Assembly: GCA_030390025.1 (NCBI GenBank)
Contig: JASTWF010000048.1
Span: 1,054,001-1,118,000 of the forward strand
Source: Squalus acanthias
Lineage: Eukaryota
Direction of reading: 5' to 3'
Length of the DNA stretch: 64,000 nucleotides
Shown: positions 1-11,434 of the stretch, one piece after another
Position numbering within the stretch: the first letter of the stretch is position 1
How the letters are laid out: each line of letters opens with the position of its first letter
The notes under the pieces: model-generated
The model's database searches: none
The model's input: the letters and a program-made list of their open reading frames with translations, nothing else
What the model was told of the DNA's origin: nothing
Program-made: the position numbers and the translations under genes

Positions 1-204
1 TTGCCACTGTTCTACCCATCTAACCATCCCGTCTATTTCGTCCTCCTGCCTGAGGCTTCTCTCCTCGCTATTTACCACTCCACTAATTTTCGTGTCATCT
101 GCGAACTTACTGATCATACCTCCGACATTCGTATCTAAATCATTAATGTACACTAACGTATTGCTACGTTAAAGGCGCTATATAAATGCAAGACTTTGTT
201 GTTG

Positions 205-785
205 TTGTTGACACTCAGCCTCAACAGCTTTTTGGGGAAGAGAGTTCAAGATTTCCACTACCCTTTGTGTGAAGAAGTGCTTCCTGACATCACCCCTGAA
301 CGGCCTGACTCTAATTTTAGGGCTTGTCTTATGAAGAAAGGTTGAGCAGGTTGGGCCTATACTCATTTGGGTTTAGAAAAATGAGAGGGGATCTTATTGA
401 AATATATAAGATTCTGAAGGGGGTTGGACAGGGTTGATGCAGAGAGGATGTTTCCCCTCGTGGGGGAATCTAGAACTGAGGGGCATAATTTCAGAATAAG
501 GGGGCGCCCTTTTCAATCTGATATGAGGAGAATTTCGTCTCTCAGAGGATCCTGAATCTTTGTAATTCTCTTCCACAGAGAGCTGTGGAGGCTGGGTCAT
601 TGAATATATTTAAGGTGGAGATAGACCGTTTTTTGAACGATAAGGGAGTCAAGTGTTATGGGGAGCGGGCAGTGAAGTGGAGTTGAGGCTAGGATCAGAT
701 CAGCCATGATCTTATTGAGTGGCGGAGCAGGCTCGAGGGGCCAAATGACCTACTCCTTCTCCGACGTCTTATGTTCTTATGTTCT
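205..785. mobile_element. CR1 LINE 3' fragments (minus ~205-312, plus ~322-785)
   Basis: Encodes CR1 ORF2 C-terminal motifs (FFTQRVV..NSLP); ends in a (ttatgttc)n-type tail. Confidence 0.8.
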
Positions 786-1158
786 AAATTCATGCCCCCT
801 TGCTCTGGATCCCCCTCCCCCTCGCAGAGGAAATGAAAATATTTTGTTTGCTATATTTTCGTCCTGATCGATTATTCGATTATAGATAATATGGTACTTC
901 GAGACTCCCCTACCAGAAGAAATAATTTATCTCCATCTACCCTGTCAACTACATTAAAAAGGGATGGCCAATAAGTGCTGGCCTTGCCAGGGACGCCCAC
1001 ATCCCATAAAACTAATTTAAAAAAATTATCATCTTAAACACCTGCATAATTTCTCTGCACTGTTTTGTTTCACTGCTATGCTGGAAACACTTTGTCAAAG
1101 AATAAAAACAGCAACAGAAACAAATTGTACAGAGATGAAGAGACAGAAAGCAAACGGT

Positions 1159-1297
1159 CAGGATGTGCGGTTACCCGCAGTAAAGCTGCGAACATTTAAG
1201 TAGGTCAACAGAAGGAAGGAGAAGAAAAACACAGCCTGCTGTGTGGGTTTAACGGCAAGCGAAGCAGAGCGTCACACGCCACTTGCAGAAACCCACA
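1159..1297. promoter_or_regulatory. Candidate TCR beta 3' enhancer (ETS-RUNX composite plus RUNX-like, CRE half-site and E-box motifs)
   Basis: CAGGATGTGCGGTT at 1159-1172 in an apparently non-repeat island 3.9 kb downstream of the TRBC stop; resembles the mammalian E-beta core CAGGATGTGGTTT. Confidence 0.4.
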
Positions 1298-1425
1298 CAT
1301 CTTGTAATTTTCCATTAGTGCGACTGAGGCACAAAACTAGGTTAAAGGCCTCAACACGGTCGTGTTTAAACTGCGTGTGCTGCCCCCCAAGGTGGATGAA
1401 CCGGTCTGTTTCATTCGTTTCCCTA

Positions 1426-2170
1426 AATGCACTGTATCTCAGTCCTCATTCACTAGATATATCTATAACTGATTCCGAATCCCCCACCGTCAACATCCTG
1501 GGGGGTCACCATTGACGAGAAAGTTAACTGGACCGGCCACATAAATATCGTGGCAAAAAGAGCAGGTCAAACGTTAGTTATTCTGTGGGCGAGTATCTCA
1601 CCTCCCGACTCCCCAAAGCCTTTCCAACATCTACAAGGCACAAGTCAGGAGTGTGATGGAATACTCTCCACTTGCCTGGATGAGTGCAGCTACAATTACA
1701 CTCAAGAAGCTCGATACCATCCAGGACAAAGCTGCCCGCTTGATTGGCACCCCATCCACCACCTTAAACATTCACTCCCTCCACCACCGGCGCACCCTGG
1801 CTGCAGTGTGTACCATCTGCAAGATGCACTGCAGCAACTCGCCAAGACTTCTTCGGCAGCACCTCCCAAACCCGCGACCTCTACCACCTAGAAGGACAAG
1901 GGCAGCAGGCGCATGGGAACACCAGAACCTCCAAGTTCCCCTCCAAGTCACACACCATCCTGACTTAGAAGTATATCGGCGATCCTTCATCGTCGCTGGG
2001 TCAAAATCCTGTAACTCCCTCCCTAACAGCACTGTGGGAGCACCTTCACCACATGGACTGCAGCGGTTCAAGAAGGCAGCTCATCACCACCTTCTCGAGG
2101 GCAATTAGGGATGGGCAATAAATGCTGTCCTTGCCAGCGACGCCTACATCCCATAAGCAAATACAAAAAT
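1426..2170 (+). mobile_element. Non-LTR retrotransposon 3' fragment (RT C-terminus and 3' tail)
   Basis: ORF 1653-2108 MEYSPLAW..LDTIQDKAARLI..SLHHRR; same family at 29765-29922 and 33213-33700; tail shared with SINEs at 8270 and 22130. Confidence 0.8.
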
Positions 2171-2221
2171 TTGGCTCTGCTGCTACCTCCCACCCGCATG
2201 CCTCATTAATATCTGTGCATT

Positions 2222-3285
2222 CATAGGATTACATAGGATATACGGCACATAAACAGGCCATTCGGCACAACCAGTCCATGCCGACGTTTATGCTTCACTC
2301 GAGTCTCCTCCCATCTTTCCTCATTTAAATCTATCAGCTTTACCCTCTTTTCCCTTCTCCCTCATATGCTTGTCCAGCCTCCACTAAAATGTATCTGTAC
2401 TATTCGCTTCAACCACTCCCTGTAGTAGTGAGTTCCACATTCTCAACACTCTTTGGGTAAAGAAGTTTCTGCTGAATTCCCTATTTGATTCTTGGTGACT
2501 ATCTTATATTGATGAACTCTAGTTATGCTCTTCCTCACAAGTGGAAACATCCTCTCTGTATCCACTCCATCAAAACCTGTAATGATTTTAAAGACCTCCA
2601 TTAGGTCATCCCTCAGCCTTCTTTTTTCAAGAGAAAAGAGATCCAGCCTGTTCATCCTTTCCTGATATGTATACCCTCGCATTTTTGGTATCATCCTTGT
2701 AAATCCTCTCTGCACCCTCTCCAGTGCCTCTATATCCTTTTTATAATATGGCGAACAGAACTGTACGCAGTACCCCAAGTGTTGTCTAACCAAGGTTCGA
2801 TACAGGTTTAGCATAACTTCCTACTTTTCAATTATATCCCACTAGAAATAAACCCGAGTGCTTGGTTTGCTTTATTTATGGCCTTGCTAACCTGTGGCAC
2901 AATTTTTAGTGATTTGTGTATTTGCACTCCGAAATCCGTTTATTCCTCTACCCCACCTAGACTCGCACCCTCCAAATGATAAGTGACCTCCCTATTCTTC
3001 CTACCAAAATGTAATACCTCACATTTATCTGTTTACTTCATTTGCCAATTATTTGCCATTCTGCATGTTTATTAATGTCCTCTTGTAATTTGTTGCAGTC
3101 CTCCTCAGTATTGACTATCCCCTCAATTTGGTGTCATCCGCAAATTTAGAAATTTAGAAATTGTATTTTTGATTCCAAAGTCTAAATCGTTAATGTAAAC
3201 TGTGAACAGATGTGGTCCTAGCACTGATCCTTGTGGAACACCACAACCCACCTTCTGCCACTGTGAGTAGTTACCCTTTACTCAC
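2222..3285 (-). mobile_element. Degenerate CR1 LINE 3' portion
   Basis: ORF 2443-2814 LYRTLVRQHLGYCVQF..LERVQR; (atagga)n-type tail. Confidence 0.85.
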
Positions 3286-3289
3286 ACTC

Positions 3290-4530
3290 AGGTGTGTATT
3301 TCTGCAATTCTGGTGCCTCGATGTGTCCTGTATCTGTTGTGTGTTTCTGCAATTTCTGCTGTTCCTCTAGACCATGTATCTGTTGTGTATTTCTGCAATT
3401 TCTGGTATTCCTGTAGGCCCTGTATCAGGTTGTGTTTCATAGAAACATAGAAGATAGGAGCAGGAGTAGGCCATTCGGTTCCTCGAGCCTGCTCCGCCAT
3501 TCAATGCGATCATAGCTGATGATCCAAATTCATTACCCTGTCCCTGCTTTCTCCACATATACCTTGGTCCCTTTAGCCTTAAGAAATATATCTAACTCCT
3601 TCTTGAATAGATTTAAAGAATTGGCCTCAATGCCTTCTGCGGTAGAGAATTCCACAGGGTCACCACTCTCTGGTTGAAGAAATTCCTCTTCATCTCAGTC
3701 CTTTATGGCTTACCCCTTATCCTTAGACTGTGAACCCTGGTTCTGGACTCCCCCGCCATCGGGAACATCCTTCCTGCATCTAGTCTGTCTAGTCTTGTTA
3801 GAATTTTATAGATGTCAATGAGATTCCCTCTCATTGTTCTAAACTCCATCGAATATAAGACTAATCGACCCAATCTCTCTTCATACGTCATTCCTGCCAT
3901 CCCAGGTGCCAGTCTTGTGAATCTTCGCTGCACTCCCTCCATGGCAAGAACATCTTTTCTCAGATAAGGCGACCAAAACTGCTCACAATACTCAAGCTGT
4001 GGTCTCACCAAGGCCCTGTACAACTGCAGCAAGACATTCTTGCTCCTGTACTCGATTCCTCTCGCTATGAAGGCCAACATACCAGTTGCCTTCTTAACTG
4101 ACTGCTGCACCTGCATACTTACCTTCAGCGACTGGTGCACAAGGACACCCAGGTCTCGTTGCACTTCCCCTTTTCCCAATCTATTGCCGTTAAGATAATA
4201 ATTTGTCTTCCTGTTTTTCCACCAACGTGGATAACATCGCATTTATCCACATTATACTGCATCTGCCATGCATCTGCCCAATCACCCAACCTGTCCAAAT
4301 CATACTGGAGTTTCTCTGCATCCTCCTCACAGCACACACGCCCACCCAGCTTTGCGTCCTGCAATTTCTGGTGCTCCAATAGACCCTGTACCTTTTGTGT
4401 ATTTCCTGCTATTTCTGGGACACTCTAGGCCCTGTATCTGTTGCGTATTTCCTGCAATTTCCAGTATCCCTTTAGACCCTGTATCTGTTGGGTATTTCAC
4501 AATTTTTGTTGTTCCTTTAGACCCTGTATT
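3290..4530. repeat. ~43-nt minisatellite (ctgtatctgttgtgtatttctgcaatttctggt...agacc) split by a CR1 insertion
   Basis: The same unit recurs at 3290-3437 and 4358-4530. Confidence 0.7.
3438..4357 (-). mobile_element. 5'-truncated CR1 LINE
   Basis: ORFs 3703-4242 and 4125-4379 encode CR1 RT C-terminus; catagaaa tail. Confidence 0.9.
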
Positions 4531-4602
4531 ATTCGTGTGTCTTTTTAAAGGTAGCAATGTGTGCAACGTACAGTTATCACAAAGGAGCATTTCAATAGAT
4601 CT

Positions 4603-4608
4603 TTTATT
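4603..4608 (-). promoter_or_regulatory. Probable polyadenylation signal of TRBC
   Basis: AATAAA on the minus strand (tttatt) about 450 nt after the stop codon, at the end of the unique 3' UTR sequence. Confidence 0.55.
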
Positions 4609-5060
4609 AACATATTTAATAGTGAGTTACAAGAAAGCGAAGTGGATTTCGGAGTTTATACATCTTAAAGAAATAAAAGTTATCATGGACCTGGTCGAAG
4701 AGTGAAAGCAGGCACCTCGATGAGCTCAACCTAGTTCAGCTAGTTCAACCAGGTCAGCAAGCTTAACCAGCTCAGCTAGCTTAAGCAGCTCAGCCAGCCT
4801 GCTAGAAGTAGTTAAATGAAGTAAACAGCAATCTAGATATAAATTCTAACGTGCTATATTCCACAGTATCCAACAAAACTATCAATATCTTCAATCACAA
4901 TGGGTCATCCAGGGACCAGAATTTGGAAAACTATTACTAAGCAATAGAAAATGACAACATATCAATTGCACAATTATATTTCAATCGCCTCCTCCTTCTG
5001 CATATTTTTGCAGGACATGGTGTAAAGAATGTTGTGTTGATGTCTCTCTGGCCCCAGGAC

Positions 5061-5093
5061 TTAATCAAACCTTTTCGCCATCTTTCCCGAGAA
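5061..5093 (-). CDS. TRBC: TCR beta constant exon 4, cytoplasmic tail (FSGKMAKRFD*)
   Basis: Strong acceptor ctttttcctttctcttccag, phase 0 matching the exon 3 donor, TAA at 5061-5063. Confidence 0.85.
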   Translation of the reverse strand, partial: FSGKMAKRFD

Positions 5094-6699
5094 CTGGAAG
5101 AGAAAGGAAAAAGAGCCTGTCAGGAATGGAATAACTATTTGACCATTGTATTGGGAAGGAAACAGATTCAAGGCAAAAGAACCAGAGGGAGAGATGAGGA
5201 TTTTGGAAGCAGGTCCCATAGTAACTTTCAAGTGGGGAATTGGATATAGACTTGAAAGGAGAACATTTGGCAGGGCTATAAGACTTTAATTTTCATATAG
5301 ATTGGGAAGACCAGAATAGCTCAAGTCAGAAAGGTAGTGAATCCCTTGGGTGCATTCAGGATTGTATTTTGCAGCAATATGTTCGAGGACCAATAAGAGG
5401 ACAGGCCATACTAGATTTAGTAATGAGTAATGAGCCAAAGTTATTTAATAATCTAACAGTAAAGGAACATGTATCTAACAGTGATCATAATATGATCAAA
5501 TTCAATGTTAGGTTTGAAAAGGAGAAGCAGAACAGTTACTAAGATTTTAGAATTTGGTACAGCTAACTTTAACTGAATGAGACAGAGACTGGCTTGACAC
5601 CTTCAAGGCATTACCTCTCCATGGGACAAAAATATACAATCAGGAGTGGTCCAAATAACCATTGCACTCTTAATTTACTACTCAATAATCTGATTGACTA
5701 AATGTAAATGAACCAAAACGGTTCCCTTCACTTGGCAGGTGGTTAATGGCAAAAATGAGGAATGTGTAAACAGCAGAAATCGAAGGAAGCATTTCCAACC
5801 CAAGCTACTATTCATAACTAGCAAGTATCACAAAATGGACTCACCAAATTGTTCAAGCAATTTTCTTAGTTATTTTTTTTCTGACCTCACTGCAGCTATA
5901 ACTGGATAGCTCTTTCAAAGATCTGGCACAGCGGGAAGGGCCGAATTGCCTCCTTCTGTGCTGTGGGATCCCAGGATGCAATGAAATGATTCACAATGAT
6001 TCAATGCCATCTCAAGTTGAAGTCAATTGACATTTAAAGAGGGAATATGAAGCACATGGTTAACTAGATGGAGAGTGGTTGGGGGTGGGGGGGGTGGGGG
6101 GTGGCGTGATGAATGAAGTATCAACAGACCTGAGGATTAGCGTGTTGGTTAGTTACAAACTTTGTCCAGTGCATCTCAGTAGGAGAAAGAGCGGCCGCAC
6201 AGGCAGAGCTATTTCTGGTTTCTGTCCAAACTTGGCTCTTTTAACCTCTGATCGTCAAGGTCTCACAAGGAAGCCATGACCACATTGGGCAAGTGTGGAT
6301 TGGCCAATCCCGCTGAGCAAAGCGACATTATCTGTGCGGTGATGAAGTTTCGGTAAGCGGAGGTGACACAATGTACCACGCTGCCCTTTAATCTCTGGGG
6401 TTTAGAATTAAATGCGAACCAAATTCATGAGTACAGCCCCACCCCCGCCTCTCTGTCTGTTATTCTCTCTGTCTCCCTCTCTCAGACATTCTCTACCCCA
6501 GAGGGCTGTGGAGCCTCAGTGGTTGAGTATATTCAAGACAGAGATCTGTAGGTTTTTGGATATAAAGGGAATCAAGGGATATGAGGATAGTGCAGGAAAG
6601 TAGAGATGAGGTAGAAGATCAGCCATGATCTTATTGAATAGCGGAACAGGCTCGAGGGGCCGAATGGCCTACTCCTGCTCCTATTTATTATGTTCTTGT

Positions 6700-7800
6700 T
6701 CTCCCCCTCTCTGTCGCTCCCTCTCTGTATCTCTCTTTCTCTCTGTCTCTCCTTCAATCTCTCTCTCCATCTCTCTGTCTCTTCCTTTCTCTGTGTCTAC
6801 CTTTTTCTTTCTTTCCTTTTACCTGTGTCTTTCTATTTATTTTCTCTCCCTTTCTGTATTTGCCATTTCTTCCTATTTGTCTCCCTCTCTGTCTCTCTCC
6901 GTTTCATCCTCTCTCTCTGCCTCCCAATCTCTCTCGTCTGCCTGTCTAAATTTACCTGTCTGTATGTCTCTCTCCATTTCTCCTTCTATCTGTCTCTCTC
7001 TATCCCTCCCTCTCTCTCTATCACTCTCTTTCTCTCTGTCTCATCCAATTTATCTCTCTTTCTTTATCTGTGTGTCTCTCTCCGTATCTCTCTCTATGCG
7101 TCTGTCTCTTTCTCACTCTCCTTACCTCTCTCTCGCTCTCTCTCTCTCTCTGTATCTGGCACTCTTTATCTATATTTCTGCCTCTCCCTCTCTGTCTGTC
7201 TGTCTCATAGAAACATAGAATCTAGGAGCAGGAGTAGGCCATTCGGCCCATCGAGCCTGCTCCACCATTCAATACGATCATGGCTGATCATCCAAATCCA
7301 GTACCCTGTCCCCTGCTTTAATCCCCACAGTACACATATCCCACCCTACCCCCGTAACCCCACGTATTTAATTCCCCCTAACATATCCCATCCTATCCCC
7401 ATAACCCCACATATTTAATCCCCCCCTAACACTAAGGGTCAATTTATCATAGCCAAATCAACTTAACCCGCACATTTTTGGATGTCTCACTCTATCTATC
7501 TGTCACTCTCCCTGTCTCTCTCTCTTTCTCTCCCTCTGTCGCTCTTTCTGTATCTGTCACTCTCTCTATATATATATTTGTCTCTCTCTGTCTCTCTGCC
7601 TGTCTGTCTGTACCTCTCTATCTCTCNNNNNNNNNNNNNNNNNNNNNNNNNNNNNNNNNNNNNNNNNNNNNNNNNNNNNNNNNNNNNNNNNNNNNNNNNN
7701 NNNNNNNNNNNNNNNNNNNNNNNNNNNNNNNNNNNNNNNNNNNNNNNNNNNNNNNNNNNNNACCTGTCACTCTACCTCAATCTGGCTCTCTCTCACCATG
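6700..7800. repeat. CT-rich low-complexity tract with a CR1 tail (7206-7315), a V-SINE 3' fragment (7322-7485) and an assembly gap (7627-7761)
   Basis: Degenerate (CT)n; N run. Confidence 0.85.
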
Positions 7801-8111
7801 TCACTCATTGGGGAGGGGATATAATTCAGAAAGCAAATTGCAGGTTCTAGATCGATTCTGGTGAATGCTAATATTACTGGTGTTTGTGCCTCCGTCTAGT
7901 GAATCAAAACATATCTTGGTCAAATAGCCAATCGTGTTTCACCTTCTATTCTCGTGCACGAATGACTTGGTTTGGGGGCAGTAGTTCGACCAGTACCTAG
8001 GAAAAGCCCCTTAACGGGGCCTGAGAACGAAGAGAGGGTTGAACTTTGGGAAAGAGCGAATGAGGTCCATTCTACAGTTGAGCAAAGATCCAGCCTCTAT
8101 ATTTCTCATAC

Positions 8112-8221
8112 CTTCACCTTGAGCACCAGGCTGGTGACCATGGCCATGTAAAGGATGCTCTTGAAGATTAGTAAAGTATAGGTTGTTCTCGCCACAAGTT
8201 GTTGCTTCCGCATCCGCTCCC
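8112..8221 (-). CDS. TRBC: TCR beta constant exon 3, connecting peptide and transmembrane (GERMRKQQLVARTTYTLLIFKSILYMAMVTSLVLKVK)
   Basis: tag acceptor and gtatga donor; YxLLxxKxxLY motif with the intramembrane Lys typical of TCR beta; phase 1 in, phase 0 out. Confidence 0.95.
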
Positions 8222-8269
8222 CTAGAAGACGCAGATAAAGGAAATAATTATTGCTTTCAGATCCTACTT

Positions 8270-8650
8270 TTATTTATTCCTTCACATCGCTGGCAAGACT
8301 CGCATTTATTGCGTATCCCTAATTCCCCAGTGGCTTGCGAGGCCATTTCAGAGGGCTGTTAAGAGTCAACCACATTGCTATGGGTCTGGAGTCACATATA
8401 GGTCAGACCAGGTAACGACGGCAGATTTCCTTCCCGAAAAGACATTAGTGAACCAGATGGGTTTTTACGACAACCCGGTCGTTTCATGGTCACCATGACT
8501 GATACTAGCTTTTTATTCCAGATTTGTTTAATTAACTGAATTGAAATTTCCCAGCGGCCGTGGTGGGATTTGAATTTTGGTGCACTGGATTATTAGTCCA
8601 CGCCGCTGGATTATTAGTCCAGTAACATAACCACTATGCTACTGTGCCCT
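8270..8650 (-). mobile_element. tRNA-derived SINE sharing its 3' tail with the LINE at 1426-2170
   Basis: Homologous copies at 22130-22540 (+) and ~48980-49470 (-). Confidence 0.65.
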
Positions 8651-8659
8651 GGTATTTCA

Positions 8660-9600
8660 ACAACAACAACAACTTGTATTTATATCGCACCTTCAACGTA
8701 GTAAAACGTCCCAAGTCGCTGCACAGGAGTATTTTAAGACAAAAAATTTGACACCGAACTACTTAAGGATAAAATAGTCAGGTGACCAAAAGCTTGGTCA
8801 AAGAGGTAGGTTTTAAGGATTGCTTTGAAGGACGAAAGAGGGGTAGCGAGGCGGAGAGGTTTAGGCAGGGAATTCCAGAGTTTGGGGCCCAGGCAACAGA
8901 AGGCACGGTCACCAAATGTTGAGCGATTATGATCAGGGATGCTCAAGAGGGCAGAATTAGAGGAGCGCAGATATCTCAGGGGGCGGGGGGGGGGGCGGTG
9001 TTGTGGTTCTGAAGGAGATTACAGAGATGGGGAGGGGCGAGGCCATGGAGGGACTTGAAAGCAAGGATGATAACTTTGAAAACTTTGAGAACTTCATGCA
9101 GCTCGTCTCATTAAAAACAACTTGCATTTATATAGCACCTTTCCCATGCGCTTCTCCGAAGCATGCATCAGTCAAAAATTGACACCGAGACATATGAGGA
9201 GATATTAGGACAGGTGATGAAACTCTTGGTAGGATTTAAGGAATCTTAAAGGAGGAGAGAGAGGGACAGAGGCGGAGAGGTTGAGGGAGGGAATTCCAGA
9301 GATTCGGGCCTCGGCAGCTGAAGGCACGGCCACCAATGGTGGAGCGATGAAAATCGGGGATGTTCACGTGGTCAAGTTTGGAGGAGCGCATAGACCTCGG
9401 AGGGTTGTAGGCCTGGAAAATGGGGGGGGGGGGGGTGCTGCGGTTACAGATGTAGGATGGGGAGCGAAGCCATGCAGGGATTCGAAGGTGATGATGAGAA
9501 TTTTAAAACAGAGTTGTTGCTGGATCGGTAGCCGGTGCAGGTCAGCGAGCACAGGGGTGATGGGTGAACAGGACTTGGGAACGGGATGGGTGGACGAGTT
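8660..9600 (-). mobile_element. L2-type LINE 3' fragments
   Basis: ORFs with LADLH.LP..Q..FKIL and GDRAF..GPKLWNSLP..SFK..LKTYLF; (aac)n tail. Confidence 0.8.
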
Positions 9601-10686
9601 AAGATATAGGCAGGGAAAAGTACTGAACAGATAGGATTTACTCCTCTATCGCCTCTCACAAAGCAGTGCTCTTATACAGAAGGCCAACACACAAGTCTAG
9701 GTTGAAAGCAGCTTTCCAACACCTCGATCTCTAAAGCAGGGACTCCTTTCCTTCTAAGATAGCGCAGTGTAGACTACAATGGAAAGAACAAAGGGGAGAC
9801 ATGAAAAGCGGGCGGCCATACATACGACCATACGAATTGGGAGCAGGAGCAGGCCACTCGACCCTTCCAGCCTGCTCCACCATTCAATCAGATCATGGCT
9901 GATCCGATTACTATAAATTCCCGCCTAACCCCGATAACTTTTCACCCCCTTGCTTACCAAGAATCTATCTACCTCTGCCTTAAAAATATTCAAAGACTCC
10001 GCTTCCACCGCCCTCTGAGGAAGAGAGTTCCAAAGTCTCACGACCCTCTGTGAGAAAACATTTCTCCTCATCTCTGTCTTAAATGGGTGACCCCTGATTT
10101 TAGAGGGTACAGAAAACCAGCGGGAGTTCGGCTCTGTGACATCCCCCAAACCGCATTTGGTGAAAATTCACCATAGCCCGTTTTGCGCTATTGCACAAAG
10201 TCAATCTTACCATCATGTTTGTGCTTTTGGGCGGCGGAGGATGGGGGGTATTTTAAGGTTGGGTGTTAGTTTAAAATTGGAAGAATTGGCCGCCCGCTAT
10301 CTGCTCCGCCACATATTCCCTGCTATTCAGGATGTAGCAACAGGAGGATTCAGCCCCTCCAGCCGGTTCCGCCATTCAATTGGATCATGGCTGAGCTGTA
10401 TCCTAACTTTCTCTGCCTACCTTGGTTGCGTAACACTTAATACTCTTTTTAACAAAGTTGCCCGTTACCAGTTGACCATTTTCCCCATCAGACCCTGTCT
10501 GTGGACCGCAAGTTGAAATGTCCTTGTGACTTGCTGGCTCTTGATGTACTAGGCGAACTTGTGTTGTTTGGGAACAGACTGAGCTTGTAGCTGCAAGAAC
10601 CGGTCACTTACAGATGGTTAACATAAGGATATATTCAGGGACGAGGCCAGTCTGCACATAATTAGACACGACTGATTGGGTGTAAT

Positions 10687-10829
10687 TACACCATTAGTAC
10701 GTCATACACCATTAGTGCGTCATACACCACTAGTACGTCATACACCACTAGACGTCATACACCACTAGTCCGTCATACACCACTAGTACGTCATACACCA
10801 TTAGTGCGTCATACACCACTCGTGCGTCA
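10687..10829. repeat. 8 x 18-nt minisatellite TACACCAYTAGTRCGTCA
   Basis: Eight tandem units (one has a 1-nt deletion), each ending in CGTCA. Confidence 0.95.
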
Positions 10830-11434
10830 TATCTCAATGTTTTTTTAGAGCTCTCCGGATAGTCGGAAGTCCACAGCCTCGCGACGGGGGCAGAAAATCA
10901 TCACCTTGGAGACCGCAGGAAAACTGGTTGTATAAATTGTTTACGATTCTGGGCACCACATAATAGGAAGGACGTCAAGGCCTTGCAAAATGGTACAGAA
11001 GAGGATTTCCAGGATGATACCATTGTAGAGAGATTGGAGAAGCTGGGAGCGATCTTCTTAAATCAGAGAAAGTTTAGAGTAGACCCAATAAAATGAGGAG
11101 GGGTTTTGATTGAGCCAGTAGGGAGAAACTGTTTCCTCTCGCAAGTGGGTCGGTAACTACAGGTCATAGATGTAAAATAAATGATATATAGGAAAATAAG
11201 GAACAGGAGCAGGAATAGGCCATTTGGCCCTTCGAGCCTGCTCCGCCATTCAATATGATCATGGCTGATCTTCTACCTCATTCTCACTTTCCGGCACTAT
11301 AACCGTATCCCTTGATTCCCCTAATATTCAAAAAGCTATCGATCTCTCTCTTGAATATACTCGACGACTGAGCCTCAACAGCCCTCTGGGTTAGAGAATT
11401 CGTAAGATTCACCACCCTCTGAGTGAAGACATTT

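Noticed and set aside
6625-7418. Long Ser/Leu-rich ORFs (also 40081-40570, 43674-44617, 45127-45531, 59754-60233)
   Set aside because: Translations of CT/GA low-complexity tracts; no domain content
10687-10829. CRISPR-like array
   Set aside because: Head-to-tail units without unique spacers, vertebrate context, no cas genes
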